From the NCBI GenBank assembly GCA_030765145.1, contig JAVCDA010000002.1, positions 16,320 through 80,319 on the forward strand: a DNA stretch of 64,000 nucleotides, read 5' to 3'. Positions 19,642-30,500 of the stretch are shown here, piece by piece (the stretch's first letter is position 1; every line of letters starts with the position of its first letter). Both the position numbers and the translations under genes were made by a program. The notes under the pieces are model-generated. The model searched no databases, was not told the origin of the DNA, and worked only from the letters and a program-made list of their open reading frames with translations. Source of the DNA: Candidatus Saelkia tenebricola (GTDB lineage: Bacteria; Omnitrophota; Gorgyraeia; Kaelpiales; Kaelpiaceae).

Positions 19642-21363
19642 TTACCCCCCGGAAGCAGAGTATGTTCTTGTTGCTAATGTTACTCTATCTATTGTAAGGT
19701 CTGATGCAGACCAAAGCAGCTGCGATAGCTCTGAAATATTTAAAGGTTCCCTGCTGTATTTTCTTATCGATTTTCTTTTATATAGTGCTTCTTCAATAGA
19801 TATTTTTCCTTGATAACGAGAGTGAGGAAGCTGAATTATTTGCTCGGCAAACACTGTCGAATTCAGTGAAAATAGAAAAATAAAAGCTATTATTGTTTTA
19901 AGCTTTAAATATTGCAACTCTGTTTTAAAGCGTCTTTTAAGTTTTTCCAATAATAATTTTAAGCCGTACTTTTTATACCGCGAGAATAAAAATTTTAAAG
20001 GATTTTTAGTCAAGCTCGTTTTCAGAAATAAATGATCTCGTATAATAAGAGCAGTGTTTTTAATATTCTCGATATTGTCTTTGTTATATTGAGGATAATT
20101 TACTATAACTGAATTGGCTCCGTCAAAAGAATGAGAATCATTATTAGCAAGGTATCCATTTTTTTTCACCCAGGAATAAAACGGTGTACCCGGAAAAGGT
20201 GTTGCTGTTGATATTTGAGCATTTGCAATTAGTCTCTCTTTAATTAAACGTTTCATAAAATTAATTGTTTGGCTATCTTCTGCCGGGGTAGCTTCGGGCA
20301 GCCCAAACATAAAAGTGGCATACATCTTAAGACCGATGTTCTTAGCGTGTTTTAATAAATCAAGGATTCGGTCTGTTTCCATAGGTTTACCTATTTTTTT
20401 GCTCAATGGTAAAGAGGCTGTTTCAATTCCGAACCGGATTTTATAATATCCTGCTTCTTTCATGATTGTTAAAATATCTTTATCTAAGATTCTGATATCG
20501 CACATTGCTTCATATTTTAGATTTGAAAGATTTTCTTCTTTAAGTTTGGAGGCAAGTTCTTTAATAAAATCTTTATCACCGTTATGAGTTTCTTCATCAA
20601 AAAATATGCCTTCCATTTGGGGGTATTTATTTTTCAAATATTTAATTTCATTTATTATATTATTTACATTTCGAGGTCTCCAGTTCCCCTGGGCATAATA
20701 TATATTTCTTGAGACACAAAAATTACAGTTCCCCCTGCATCCTCTTGAAGCATAAGCCTGGATTTCTATATATTCTGAACTTGGTTCACCGGGTGTAGCA
20801 TAATCTATTCTTTTAATATCAATGTCTTCCGGAAAAGGTAGGCGAGAAAAATCAAGAAGCGGTCTTCTTTGATTAGGATATAATCCTAAAATAGTATTTT
20901 TATCTTTATTTTGAAATAATTCTAACAAAGTCAGCTCAAATTCACCTATACAAACATAGTCTACGCCTTCTTTTATTAATTCATTTGGAAATACTGACGC
21001 ATGTTGGCCTACAAATACAACTTTAACAGGTAATTTCTTTTTTAAGTTTTTTCCAACCCAGAGATTCTCTTGTATTGTTCTGGTAGATGACTCTATTATA
21101 AGCCAATCAGGTTTTTGGTCTAAAATTTTAGCAAGTGTCTGGTATTTGTCCCACCTTTTAAGACAAGGATCTATCAATTTGATTGCATGAGGAGTTTCCT
21201 GCTTTAATAAAGACGAGGTATAAGCTAACTCCCAGGGGTAATAAGCAAACCAGGATGATTTCAGGCGCACGCCTTCAGACCAGCGAGAAGGAGAATGAAT
21301 TATGTAATATCCCAGGTCATCTTTACCTACAGAGTTAGTTAAAATAATTTTTTCTTTAAACAT
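19642..21363 (-). CDS. Cobalamin-binding radical SAM enzyme (HpnJ-like N-terminus) with a fused truncated SagB/nitroreductase tail
   Basis: SRW...YYPWELAY, VGQHAS, GEFE, ASRGCRGNCNFC, FGIET, FMFGLP, TPFPGT; C-terminal SIEEAL..RKSIRKY...LSQLLWSA. Confidence 0.88.
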   Translation of the reverse strand: MFKEKIILTNSVGKDDLGYYIIHSPSRWSEGVRLKSSWFAYYPWELAYTSSLLKQETPHAIKLIDPCLKRWDKYQTLAKILDQKPDWLIIESSTRTIQENLWVGKNLKKKLPVKVVFVGQHASVFPNELIKEGVDYVCIGEFELTLLELFQNKDKNTILGLYPNQRRPLLDFSRLPFPEDIDIKRIDYATPGEPSSEYIEIQAYASRGCRGNCNFCVSRNIYYAQGNWRPRNVNNIINEIKYLKNKYPQMEGIFFDEETHNGDKDFIKELASKLKEENLSNLKYEAMCDIRILDKDILTIMKEAGYYKIRFGIETASLPLSKKIGKPMETDRILDLLKHAKNIGLKMYATFMFGLPEATPAEDSQTINFMKRLIKERLIANAQISTATPFPGTPFYSWVKKNGYLANNDSHSFDGANSVIVNYPQYNKDNIENIKNTALIIRDHLFLKTSLTKNPLKFLFSRYKKYGLKLLLEKLKRRFKTELQYLKLKTIIAFIFLFSLNSTVFAEQIIQLPHSRYQGKISIEEALYKRKSIRKYSREPLNISELSQLLWSASDLTIDRVTLATRTYSASGG

Positions 21364-22453
21364 CTTTAAGAATAGAAATTAGTTTTTGAGTCTGGTTTTC
21401 TACTGTGTAATTATTCTCTATCTTTTCTCTGGCATTTGCACCGATTTTTTTTCTTAAAGAAGAATTTCCAGCGAGTTTTAGAATCGATCCTTTAAATTCC
21501 TCTTTATTTTTAGCCAGCAACCCATCTACTCCATCGTTAATAATATTTTGAGTTTCTCCAAAAGATGTTGCTATAACAGGAATACCTTTGGCCATAAATT
21601 CCAGTATTTTAACCGGAAATTTTGCTTCTGTGAATTTGTTTTCTATTGCAATCGGGAAGATACCTATATCAACATTATCTAAATATCGGGGTATATCACT
21701 TGGCGTAATCCAGCCTTTAAATGTCACATTTTTAATCCCCTCTTTTTTTGCCTCATCTTGAATGTTGGATTTCCATATTCCATCACCGATAATTTCTAAT
21801 TGTATATTAGGAATATCTTTAACTATTTCCAATATCCATTGCAGATTGATAAAATCTTCATGTCTGAACATTGTTCCTATCCAGGCTAATATCGTAATTT
21901 TTTTGTTCATATGGTTTTGTTTTATCTTAAAGTGCTCTATCTCTATTCCGGGAGCAAGATAAAATACACGGGGGGTAATATTTTTTATGTAATTATAAAG
22001 AAAGTTGCTTCCGGCCAAATTAAATAAAGCTTTTTTAGCTGTTATTTTAAAAATAAATTCGGCTTTTGATTTAGGTAAGAATCCCAATATGGGAGTTATA
22101 TTTTCCCTGAATTCCCAATCGTCAATGTCATAGATGTATTTTATCTTATTTTTAAATGCATAAAAAAGAGGTCCGAAAGAATGATAATTCAGGCGCTGGA
22201 TAATCAAAAGTGGGTTTTTGAATTGTTTAAGGTATGTATATGCTTTTTTATTATATTTTATTTTATCAGCTATAGTAAGAAAACTTTCTAAATTACCGCT
22301 TAAAGCTCCTAAGTTTTCAGAAAAGGACAATACACAAGACGTATAACCTTGTTTTTGTAAACAATTTGAGAAATTATATGCTCTATACCTTGCCCCGGGT
22401 AGAACTTTGCTTTCTCTGGTAATGAATATTATTTCGTAATTTTTTAAATTCAT
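21356..22453 (-). CDS. Glycosyltransferase family 4
   Basis: YDIDD, IIGDG, KFPVKILEFMA.GIPVI, DGVDGLL. Confidence 0.92.
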   Translation of the reverse strand: MNLKNYEIIFITRESKVLPGARYRAYNFSNCLQKQGYTSCVLSFSENLGALSGNLESFLTIADKIKYNKKAYTYLKQFKNPLLIIQRLNYHSFGPLFYAFKNKIKYIYDIDDWEFRENITPILGFLPKSKAEFIFKITAKKALFNLAGSNFLYNYIKNITPRVFYLAPGIEIEHFKIKQNHMNKKITILAWIGTMFRHEDFINLQWILEIVKDIPNIQLEIIGDGIWKSNIQDEAKKEGIKNVTFKGWITPSDIPRYLDNVDIGIFPIAIENKFTEAKFPVKILEFMAKGIPVIATSFGETQNIINDGVDGLLAKNKEEFKGSILKLAGNSSLRKKIGANAREKIENNYTVENQTQKLISILKDV

Positions 22454-23615
22454 ATCCTTTCAAAACCTGCTCATAAATTTGCAACAAATTCTCAGCCGTT
22501 GTGGGCCAGTTATATTTTTCTTCAGCTCTTTTTCTTGATAAAACTGCCATCTTCTCTCTTAAGGCAGGTTGAGATAACAGTTCATTTATTCCGCCAGCAA
22601 ACACAAGATGATTACCTGGTTCTACCAGAATTCCTACTCCACCAACCATATTCCTGACCTCGCCTACGTTACTTGCTACAATGGCTTTGCCAGAAGCTAG
22701 GTATTCAGCTAGTTTTAAGGGGCTTTTAGATTGAGTTATGGCATTATTTTCAAAGCAGGCTGCACAAACATCGGCTGCTGCTATATATTTTGCTGTTTCT
22801 TCATGCGGAATAAATCCTGTAAAGATAATCTTATCTCTTAGCCCTAAATCTAAAGCTAATGATTTCAGTTCGCTTAATCTATACCCTCCGCCAACTATAA
22901 AAAACATAGCTGTAGGATACCATTGAATCACAACACTTACAGCATGGATAAATAGTTCTGCATATTGTGCTCCATGCAGCTGACCTAAATACAATACGAT
23001 TGGTCCAGTTAAACGGTATTTTTCTCTTATCAGGGTATTTTTATTTTGAGGATTAAAAATAGTCAGGTCAGCTCCTACATGAGCAGATGTGGTTCTTTTT
23101 GGGGATACTCCATATTCATTTGTAGCAAGCTGTATGAGACGATTACTTGAACAAGAGATTGAATCGACAAATTTCGGTAAAGCCCTTTCTAAGATCCACA
23201 TATATATCCCTATAAGAGGAGAAGCTGGTTTACCATAAAAATAAATTTTTGTTTCCCAATCATCCCAATCATAATGAATGGGTTTGTTCTGAATCCAGGA
23301 AGCTATGATTGCAGGGATAGATGCATAATGGAAACACTTTTGAAAATGCACTATATCAGCCCATTTTATTTCTCTTAAAAGTTTAACAGTGTTTTTAAAA
23401 AGGATATTTATTCCTCTTCTTCTATCCATTGGTATGATTTCTATGTTGTGCCAAATAAACCGCTGTTTTTTTAAATCTTTTAAATGTAGCGGAAAATATG
23501 CAATCTTTACACTGTGGTTAACTTTTATAAATTCCCGAGCTAAAGATTTAATTCGTATAGTCCAGGGTTCTGAGAGATCAAATAAATCATGCGGATGTAT
23601 CATAAATATTTTCAT
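22383..23615 (-). CDS. Glycosyltransferase family 4
   Basis: YDWDD, VGGG, KSPLKLAEYLASGKAIVASNVG. Confidence 0.92.
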   Translation of the reverse strand: MKIFMIHPHDLFDLSEPWTIRIKSLAREFIKVNHSVKIAYFPLHLKDLKKQRFIWHNIEIIPMDRRRGINILFKNTVKLLREIKWADIVHFQKCFHYASIPAIIASWIQNKPIHYDWDDWETKIYFYGKPASPLIGIYMWILERALPKFVDSISCSSNRLIQLATNEYGVSPKRTTSAHVGADLTIFNPQNKNTLIREKYRLTGPIVLYLGQLHGAQYAELFIHAVSVVIQWYPTAMFFIVGGGYRLSELKSLALDLGLRDKIIFTGFIPHEETAKYIAAADVCAACFENNAITQSKSPLKLAEYLASGKAIVASNVGEVRNMVGGVGILVEPGNHLVFAGGINELLSQPALREKMAVLSRKRAEEKYNWPTTAENLLQIYEQVLKGYEFKKLRNNIHYQRKQSSTRGKV

Positions 23616-23621
23616 AACAAT

Positions 23622-26600
23622 TTAACTTCCGGGGAATATCACCATTCGCCGTAACTTTCTTAAAATCCAGAGGTAAGTTTCAGCAATTAAAGTTAATAGA
23701 ATTATTAAAACCAGATATGGCAGCTTATACATTCTCACCCTAGGTAGAATCACAGTAGATTGGATGTTTTTTTCTTTTTTAGGTAAATCTTGGATTGAAT
23801 TAACAATAGTCTTTAGCGTTTCAATGTCATGTTTCTCAACATTTATTTGTTTACCTTCCTCTATATTTGTCTCCATTACCTTAAATCCCAACTGTTTGGC
23901 AACTTCTAAGATGCGTTCTCCTCTTGTTTTTCTTATATCGTATGTATTGCCATCATACGTTTGCCAGAGATAATGCCAATTATTTTGAGGAAGAGGTTTT
24001 AAATTGTATTCAGTTATGTTTTTATATATTGCTGTTCCGGCAATTAAATGAAGTGTGTTTATTGATTTTATAGTGTTGATGTAATTGCGATTTCTTTTTA
24101 TAAATTCAATTGTTTCTTGAAATTCCTTTTCTCCTTCAGATGGAAATCCAATCATAGTAAATATTTCTGTCTCAATTCCGGCTAAAGATGATTTTTTTAT
24201 AAATTGTTCCGCATCGCTTGATAAATAGGATTTTCGCATTTTTTTTAAGACTTTATCCGATGCACTTTCAAGTCCTATTTGAAGATTAATACAACCTGCT
24301 TGTTTCATTTTTTTCAAAATAGGTATATCCATATCTTTTCGAGGTATTGCTTCTCCTGACCAGGTAATATTCAATTTGTTTTTTATAATCAAATCGCATA
24401 ATTTATCCAATACTTTAGGATTACCATTTATTAAAGGATCGCAGATTGTGAAGTTTTTTATATTGTTATGGTGAAGATGATACTTTAGTTCCTGAAATAT
24501 ATGTTCGGCAGTTCTTGATCTATATTTAGATACGAGCTCACAGTTTATGCAAAATGCGCATTTACCTGTGCATCCCCGAGACCATTCCAAAATCAATGAT
24601 TGCCCGAAGTAAAGGTTAAGATTAAAATCTTCATAAGTTGGGAAAGGTAATGTATCTAAATCCTCAATTAACTCACGAGGAGTATAAATCCATAAGCCGT
24701 TTATTTTGGAAACAGTTCCCTTTATAATTCCAGAGCATTCCTTATCAAGTAGCTCAATCAATGCTTCTTCCCCCTCTCCCACAACGAAATAGTCAATATC
24801 ATCAGATATATTATCTATAAAAATTTTACGGGAATGTTCACTTAAACATGCCGGTCCACCGAGAATAATTTTTTTTGTTTTATCACGTTGTTTTATTCTT
24901 TTAATAAATTCAATAGTAATCCGTTCTTTGGGGTCTACAATTGAAAATCCTATATAGCCTGCTTCTGTTTCAAGTATTCTATCAACTGCTTCATTTATTT
25001 TTTGATCAAAAAATTTACACACTACAGGAAACCAGTCTTCTTCACTCCAGAAGTTTTTATTTTCTACATGCCACATCAATTTAAGATCTTCTGGTGCACT
25101 ATTATAAAAATCTATATTGAAGTCACAAAGAACAGCTTTATATCCATGGTTCTTTAACATACTTGCTAAGTAAGCCATACCTACGGGAGGATTGTTAATT
25201 CCCCAGGGCGGTGTAGTAATAAGTGCTATATGAGGTTTATTGGATACACTTGTTTTTCTTTGAGGTAATGCTGTTGCTTCTGTTGTATATGAAATATCTA
25301 ATTTATTAAGAAGATTATGGACTTTTTCTACCCTTTCCATACGTATATCAAAGTTATTTACATCCCTTATGAACCAGTTGGAATCGGGATTCTCCTTGGG
25401 GAATTCTATGTGATATCTTCCAGGATTAGAAAACAATTCGGATCCTGCCATTATGAATAAAGGATTTACAGATTTGACAAAATCAATGTGGTTTTTGTTT
25501 TCTTTTATAAAATCCAGAGTTAAATTTAAATCATCTGCTGTCTCTTGTGGAAAACCGACAATAAAATATAATACATTTTGAATACCTGCTTTTTTTGTCA
25601 ATTCCAGTGTGTGTGAGGAATCTTTAGTTGAGAATGTTTTACCCATAAGATGTAATATTTTATCACTTCCGCTTTCTGTTCCGTATTCCAATCTGAAGAA
25701 TCCGGCAGCTTTCATTTTCTTAAGCAAAGACAGGCTCATATCTCTTGGTATAGCAAGACCGGTAAGGTTGATAGAGAGATGGTTTTTTATTATAAGGCTA
25801 CAGACTTCATCTAGCCATTTTAAGTCTGCATTAACTGAAGAATCTACAATTGAGAAATAAATTTTGCCCAAAGTGTTTTTGTAGAACTTAAGCTCCTCAA
25901 CTATTCTTGTGGGAGACTTTTTTTTGTAGTATTTGCTCAGAACTTTAAAATCACAGAAGGAACATTTGCCGATACATCCCCGGGACCATTCAACAGCCAA
26001 GCTGTTTTTTGCAATGTATGAACCAAGAGAAAAATTTTTATATTTTGCATAAGAATAGGAATCTAATTTTTTTAAAGTTTTTATCGAAGATGTAATTCTG
26101 CTTTTATCTTTAAGAACAATGATGTTTTCTACATCGTTTATGGATTGGTTGTATGTTATTTTATCAATCAGTTTAGTAATGGCCTCTTCACCCTCTCCGC
26201 ATACGATAACATCAACTTTATCTTTTATTAATTCTAATAATTCTTCTCGCTGCTCTTTTACAGTAACTGAAATTCCTCCCAGTATTATCCATTTTTTAGG
26301 TGCGTGTTTCTTTATCTCCTCAATCACCCATTTAATCATCAAATACATTGAATTTGAGGGAACTGAAAATCCTACGATTTTAGCATCATTGTTTTTCTCA
26401 AGAGTTTGTTTTATTTCATTAAAAATATCACTATATTTTTTTAGAAGGTAAAAAATAAATTCTGGTTTTCTCCAATATAAAGTATGGTCCATTCGCCAGT
26501 ATTTTTTGTCTTCTTCTTTTACTTTATTGTATAAGAAAATATTTATGTCCAAAACCTCAACATCAAAACCTTTATTTTCCAAAACTTCTGATATTACGGC

Positions 26601-27554
26601 CAGGCCTACAGGCGGCCTTTCAATACCCCAGGGAGGAGTGATAATTAATTGAATCTTTTTTTTAAAACTACTGGGGGTAGTTTGTGCACATTCACATTTT
26701 AGGCATATAAAATTATTATCTGGAGGAATTTCACCCTGTATTTTCTTTCTAATGGCGGTATATTCTTGTCCTGTCCAGATGTTTTGGATAGATTGTTTTT
26801 TTAAATTACCCAATATAACTTCTGATTTCCAGTCCATACAGCATAAGACTACATCTCCGTTACTCAATATGTGAATCATTTCATTAGTCCATATGGAATT
26901 GCAACCGTATATTTTTTTATGTTTTATTTTTGGAAGGATCGGTACATTTCCGGCCCGGGATATCGGATTTGAATAAACATTAATGCGAGATAATCCTTGA
27001 TTCTCCCAGAAACTTACAGCTTCTTCTATTTCTTTATCATTGAGATATGAGTTTTTAAGCATTGTTACCATGATAAAGTCAGAGATTTCACCCTTAATTT
27101 GTTTAGAGATTTTTATGAAATTCAGCATATTATCCAGTGCTTTTTCAGGATCTATTCCCATAACTGAAGATATAGTGTTGTTTCTGATGCCATGCAGGCT
27201 GAAACCTATCCAGTCAATGTTGCTCTCTATCAATCTATGTGTGAAATCAGAATCCAGTAAAACACCATTGGTAAGGATATGTGTAGAAACTTCAGGTGAT
27301 TTTTTTTTGATGTAAGTAATTTTATCCGGCAACTCTTTATCCAAAAGAGGTTCATTCATAAGATAGGGCATTATAACTTGGACTTCTTTTTGTTTTGAAC
27401 ATTCGTCGATAATGTTTTTAAAAAGATTGCCATCTATTTTTTCACCGGAGATTGTATCTTTAATATGAGGGTAGGGGCAGAAAAAACATTTCCCGTTACA
27501 TCCGGATATAGTTTGAATCATTATATGAGTTGGGAACTTAAGTTTTGGTGTCAT
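23622..27554 (-). CDS. Tri-modular radical SAM protein: rSAM-SPASM + two B12-binding rSAM modules + C-terminal TM helix
   Basis: CNGKCFFC with SPASM (C...ILSNGDVVLCCMDW...GNL...CLKC); two modules starting TPPWGI..PPVG with WSRGCIGKCSFC and WSRGCTGKCAFC; hydrophobic C-terminus. Confidence 0.9.
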   Translation of the reverse strand: MTPKLKFPTHIMIQTISGCNGKCFFCPYPHIKDTISGEKIDGNLFKNIIDECSKQKEVQVIMPYLMNEPLLDKELPDKITYIKKKSPEVSTHILTNGVLLDSDFTHRLIESNIDWIGFSLHGIRNNTISSVMGIDPEKALDNMLNFIKISKQIKGEISDFIMVTMLKNSYLNDKEIEEAVSFWENQGLSRINVYSNPISRAGNVPILPKIKHKKIYGCNSIWTNEMIHILSNGDVVLCCMDWKSEVILGNLKKQSIQNIWTGQEYTAIRKKIQGEIPPDNNFICLKCECAQTTPSSFKKKIQLIITPPWGIERPPVGLAVISEVLENKGFDVEVLDINIFLYNKVKEEDKKYWRMDHTLYWRKPEFIFYLLKKYSDIFNEIKQTLEKNNDAKIVGFSVPSNSMYLMIKWVIEEIKKHAPKKWIILGGISVTVKEQREELLELIKDKVDVIVCGEGEEAITKLIDKITYNQSINDVENIIVLKDKSRITSSIKTLKKLDSYSYAKYKNFSLGSYIAKNSLAVEWSRGCIGKCSFCDFKVLSKYYKKKSPTRIVEELKFYKNTLGKIYFSIVDSSVNADLKWLDEVCSLIIKNHLSINLTGLAIPRDMSLSLLKKMKAAGFFRLEYGTESGSDKILHLMGKTFSTKDSSHTLELTKKAGIQNVLYFIVGFPQETADDLNLTLDFIKENKNHIDFVKSVNPLFIMAGSELFSNPGRYHIEFPKENPDSNWFIRDVNNFDIRMERVEKVHNLLNKLDISYTTEATALPQRKTSVSNKPHIALITTPPWGINNPPVGMAYLASMLKNHGYKAVLCDFNIDFYNSAPEDLKLMWHVENKNFWSEEDWFPVVCKFFDQKINEAVDRILETEAGYIGFSIVDPKERITIEFIKRIKQRDKTKKIILGGPACLSEHSRKIFIDNISDDIDYFVVGEGEEALIELLDKECSGIIKGTVSKINGLWIYTPRELIEDLDTLPFPTYEDFNLNLYFGQSLILEWSRGCTGKCAFCINCELVSKYRSRTAEHIFQELKYHLHHNNIKNFTICDPLINGNPKVLDKLCDLIIKNKLNITWSGEAIPRKDMDIPILKKMKQAGCINLQIGLESASDKVLKKMRKSYLSSDAEQFIKKSSLAGIETEIFTMIGFPSEGEKEFQETIEFIKRNRNYINTIKSINTLHLIAGTAIYKNITEYNLKPLPQNNWHYLWQTYDGNTYDIRKTRGERILEVAKQLGFKVMETNIEEGKQINVEKHDIETLKTIVNSIQDLPKKEKNIQSTVILPRVRMYKLPYLVLIILLTLIAETYLWILRKLRRMVIFPGS

Positions 27555-30500
27555 GTGTTCTTAGAGAATATTCTTTCGTGAATTTCTTCATTGTGCATTA
27601 AATTGTCACATTCTTTAAAACAATCCATTTTTGCAAAATAAGGTTGGGTTTTTTTTAACAATTTAGCGCGAGCTCTAAATCCATTGTAGAGCTGAGAATA
27701 CCAGATGTCGTTGAATGATTGTAGCATAATGTTGCCCATCGGGTAATTTATACCTCTACAGCAAGGTATGATTTCTCCATTCCCCAAGAGGCGGGTGAAA
27801 AACCATCCCACATAACACGGTATCTTATCAATTCTGTTTCTGTCATAATTTCCGGTTGGGGTTCTTGATTCAATTCTTTCTTTAAAACCAATTAGATTCT
27901 CTATTTCTATATTGTTATCTTTTAAATAGTTTTCTGCTTTGATTAATTCTTCTTTTGATTTAATGTATTGATTTTCGTTTAAAAGAAGAAAATCAGTTTC
28001 TCCTTTAAAAACGTCTGCAAATGTAAAATAAACAGCATCTGCACCTGTTTCTTTGGCAAATTGTGCCATTTGGAATATTTTATCAAAATTATTGTTTGTT
28101 ATTACATTTGCGATAGTAACTTTAGTTTGTTTTCCCTTTAAGGAGTTTAATATTGTTATGTTTTCTCTGATCTTTTCAAAATCTGCAATTTTTGTTCCAG
28201 GATGCATTTGAGTATAAGTGTAAGCATCTGGAGCCCAAATACTTAGGGCCATTTCATCCAGATTGAGTTTTATTATATCTTTTAACATGCTTTCTTTGAT
28301 ATTGTAGAAATTTGTTGTAAGAGTTGTTTTTATATTTCTTGATTTTGTCAGGTCCAATAAATCCAGAATTCCTTCATAAAGCAGAGGTTCTCCCCCACCT
28401 GTAAAACGTATTATTCTTGCCCCCATACCAGATGCCTCATCAATAAAAGATGCCATTCTTTTATACGGTATTTGTTTGGCTAACCACTCAGGTGAAGGTT
28501 TATGTTCTTTAAGATGTGTAGAATACAACCAGCAGGCATTGCATTTCAACTGGCATTTATTGGTTACATCAATCACTATGTGCTCCGGACCCTGATAAGC
28601 ACATCTACCGTTAATTATCCCAGCAGTTAACTTAATGGGTGTTTTAAGCAAAGGTTTTTTGTTGATAGGTAATTGGGGAGCTTTTTTTCTCTTATATCGT
28701 TTATACTTTACAAATAGATTAAGAAAAAATCTTTCTACATGTGTAAGTGACATTATTTTTTTATGCATATGGATATTTCTTCCGATATCATCACAGCTTT
28801 TATAACAGCCAGCTTCTTCTGTATTGGGATCGTTGCCTATCAGTTTAAAAAAATTATCATTCTTCGCATAACAAAGCATCTTCTTCCGACAGTATATCTG
28901 TTTCGGCGAATTCCATATTTGAGAGAATTTTTCTTCATACAAATTACCTACAGGAAACCTGTGAGATTTAAGGCAGGTATTGATATTACCATCAGGTAAA
29001 ATCCTTGCAAATAACCAGCCTATATAACATGGAATAGCATCGATAATATTTTTATCGTATTTGGCTTCTAAAGTTTCTTTCTCCTTGCTGATTCTTCTTA
29101 AGAACTGGTCAAATCTAAAGAGATGTACTCCCTTGTAATCGAAATTGAGCATCATTTCTCTTGCCACACTTTGACATGTTTTATGTAATTGTTTTCTTTC
29201 CTCCCTATTTAAAGCTAATGCCTCAGTTTTACCGGGTATAGTATCTATCAGAGTAAATTCCACAGATTCACATTTTGTATATTGAGCAAATTCAATCATT
29301 TGTTTTATCTCATGGTAGTTTAAATTGAATATCACCTGATAAAGTTTTATATAAGGTGTTTTGTTTTTTTGTTTGTTAAGATATGTCAAATTCTCTTTAA
29401 TCTGTGCAAAAGTAGCTTCGGTTTTGTTAGGATGAGTTCTAGCATAAGTTTTTGGAGTTCCTGCCCAAACACTTACGGTTAAATGATCAACACCGATGTC
29501 GATAATACGGTCTATTTTTTCCTTACTTAGAAGCGTAAAATTAGTATTTACATAGCAAATAAGACCCAGTTTTTTTGTGTATTCTAAAATCTGCATTATC
29601 TCGGGATGCATAAATGGCTCACCGCCACCGGAATAATAAACCTCTTTTGCGCCAAGCGTCTTAGCTTCATCTAAAAGTTCCTTTATTATCGCTTTTGGCA
29701 GGTATTGTTTTTTCATCTCTTGCGACATTTTTTTTTCTTCTAAAAGAGGAGAGTTGCACCAGCATCCTATACAATCATTATTACAATCATTCGTCAGATC
29801 GATTTGAATATGAAACGGTCCTTTGTAGGCAAATTCACCGTCAAAAACACCTATTATATCCAGGTAGTGATTAATAAAATTTCTGGGGATTAAAAATTTT
29901 GTTATTCGTTTAAAAGTAGCCTTTCTTCCGTGTGTTTTAAAAGATTCTTTGAGCAGTTTTAACGGTTCTTTTTTTTTATATACACTCGACGGGTCACAAA
30001 AGCAATTTTTATCATAATCCTGTGTTTTTATTTCTAGTTCCAGTCTTGCAAAATGAGGAAAATAAGAACCGGAAAACAATTCGATTTTATGGGGCCCATT
30101 TTTAAGGTATACTTCTATTTCGGGAAAAAGTTTAAGGTGTTTTTTAGTCCAGCCCGAAGTAGAGCTTTTCATAATCTTACCAAAATATTCACCGTCTATT
30201 TTGATCTCAACAGGTCTGGGTATTTCAGCAGCATATTTACTGAAGAGCTTATAGAGACCAGGTTCATTAGTATCAAAGAGATATTCTGCAAATCCAAAAC
30301 CTGCACCGCCGTCTATAACAAGATTATTACCGAAACCATTATCTGCTTTGTTTAAATTACCCCGGGAAAAACTTTGAGAAGGAATAATAATCTTATTCTT
30401 GTTATAAATAGTTTTTATGGATGGCTGCTTTTGAAATTCCGTTTTTTTTGTATGTTCCAAAACTTTTTTATGCACCATTAAATTCATCCCCAGATTATCG

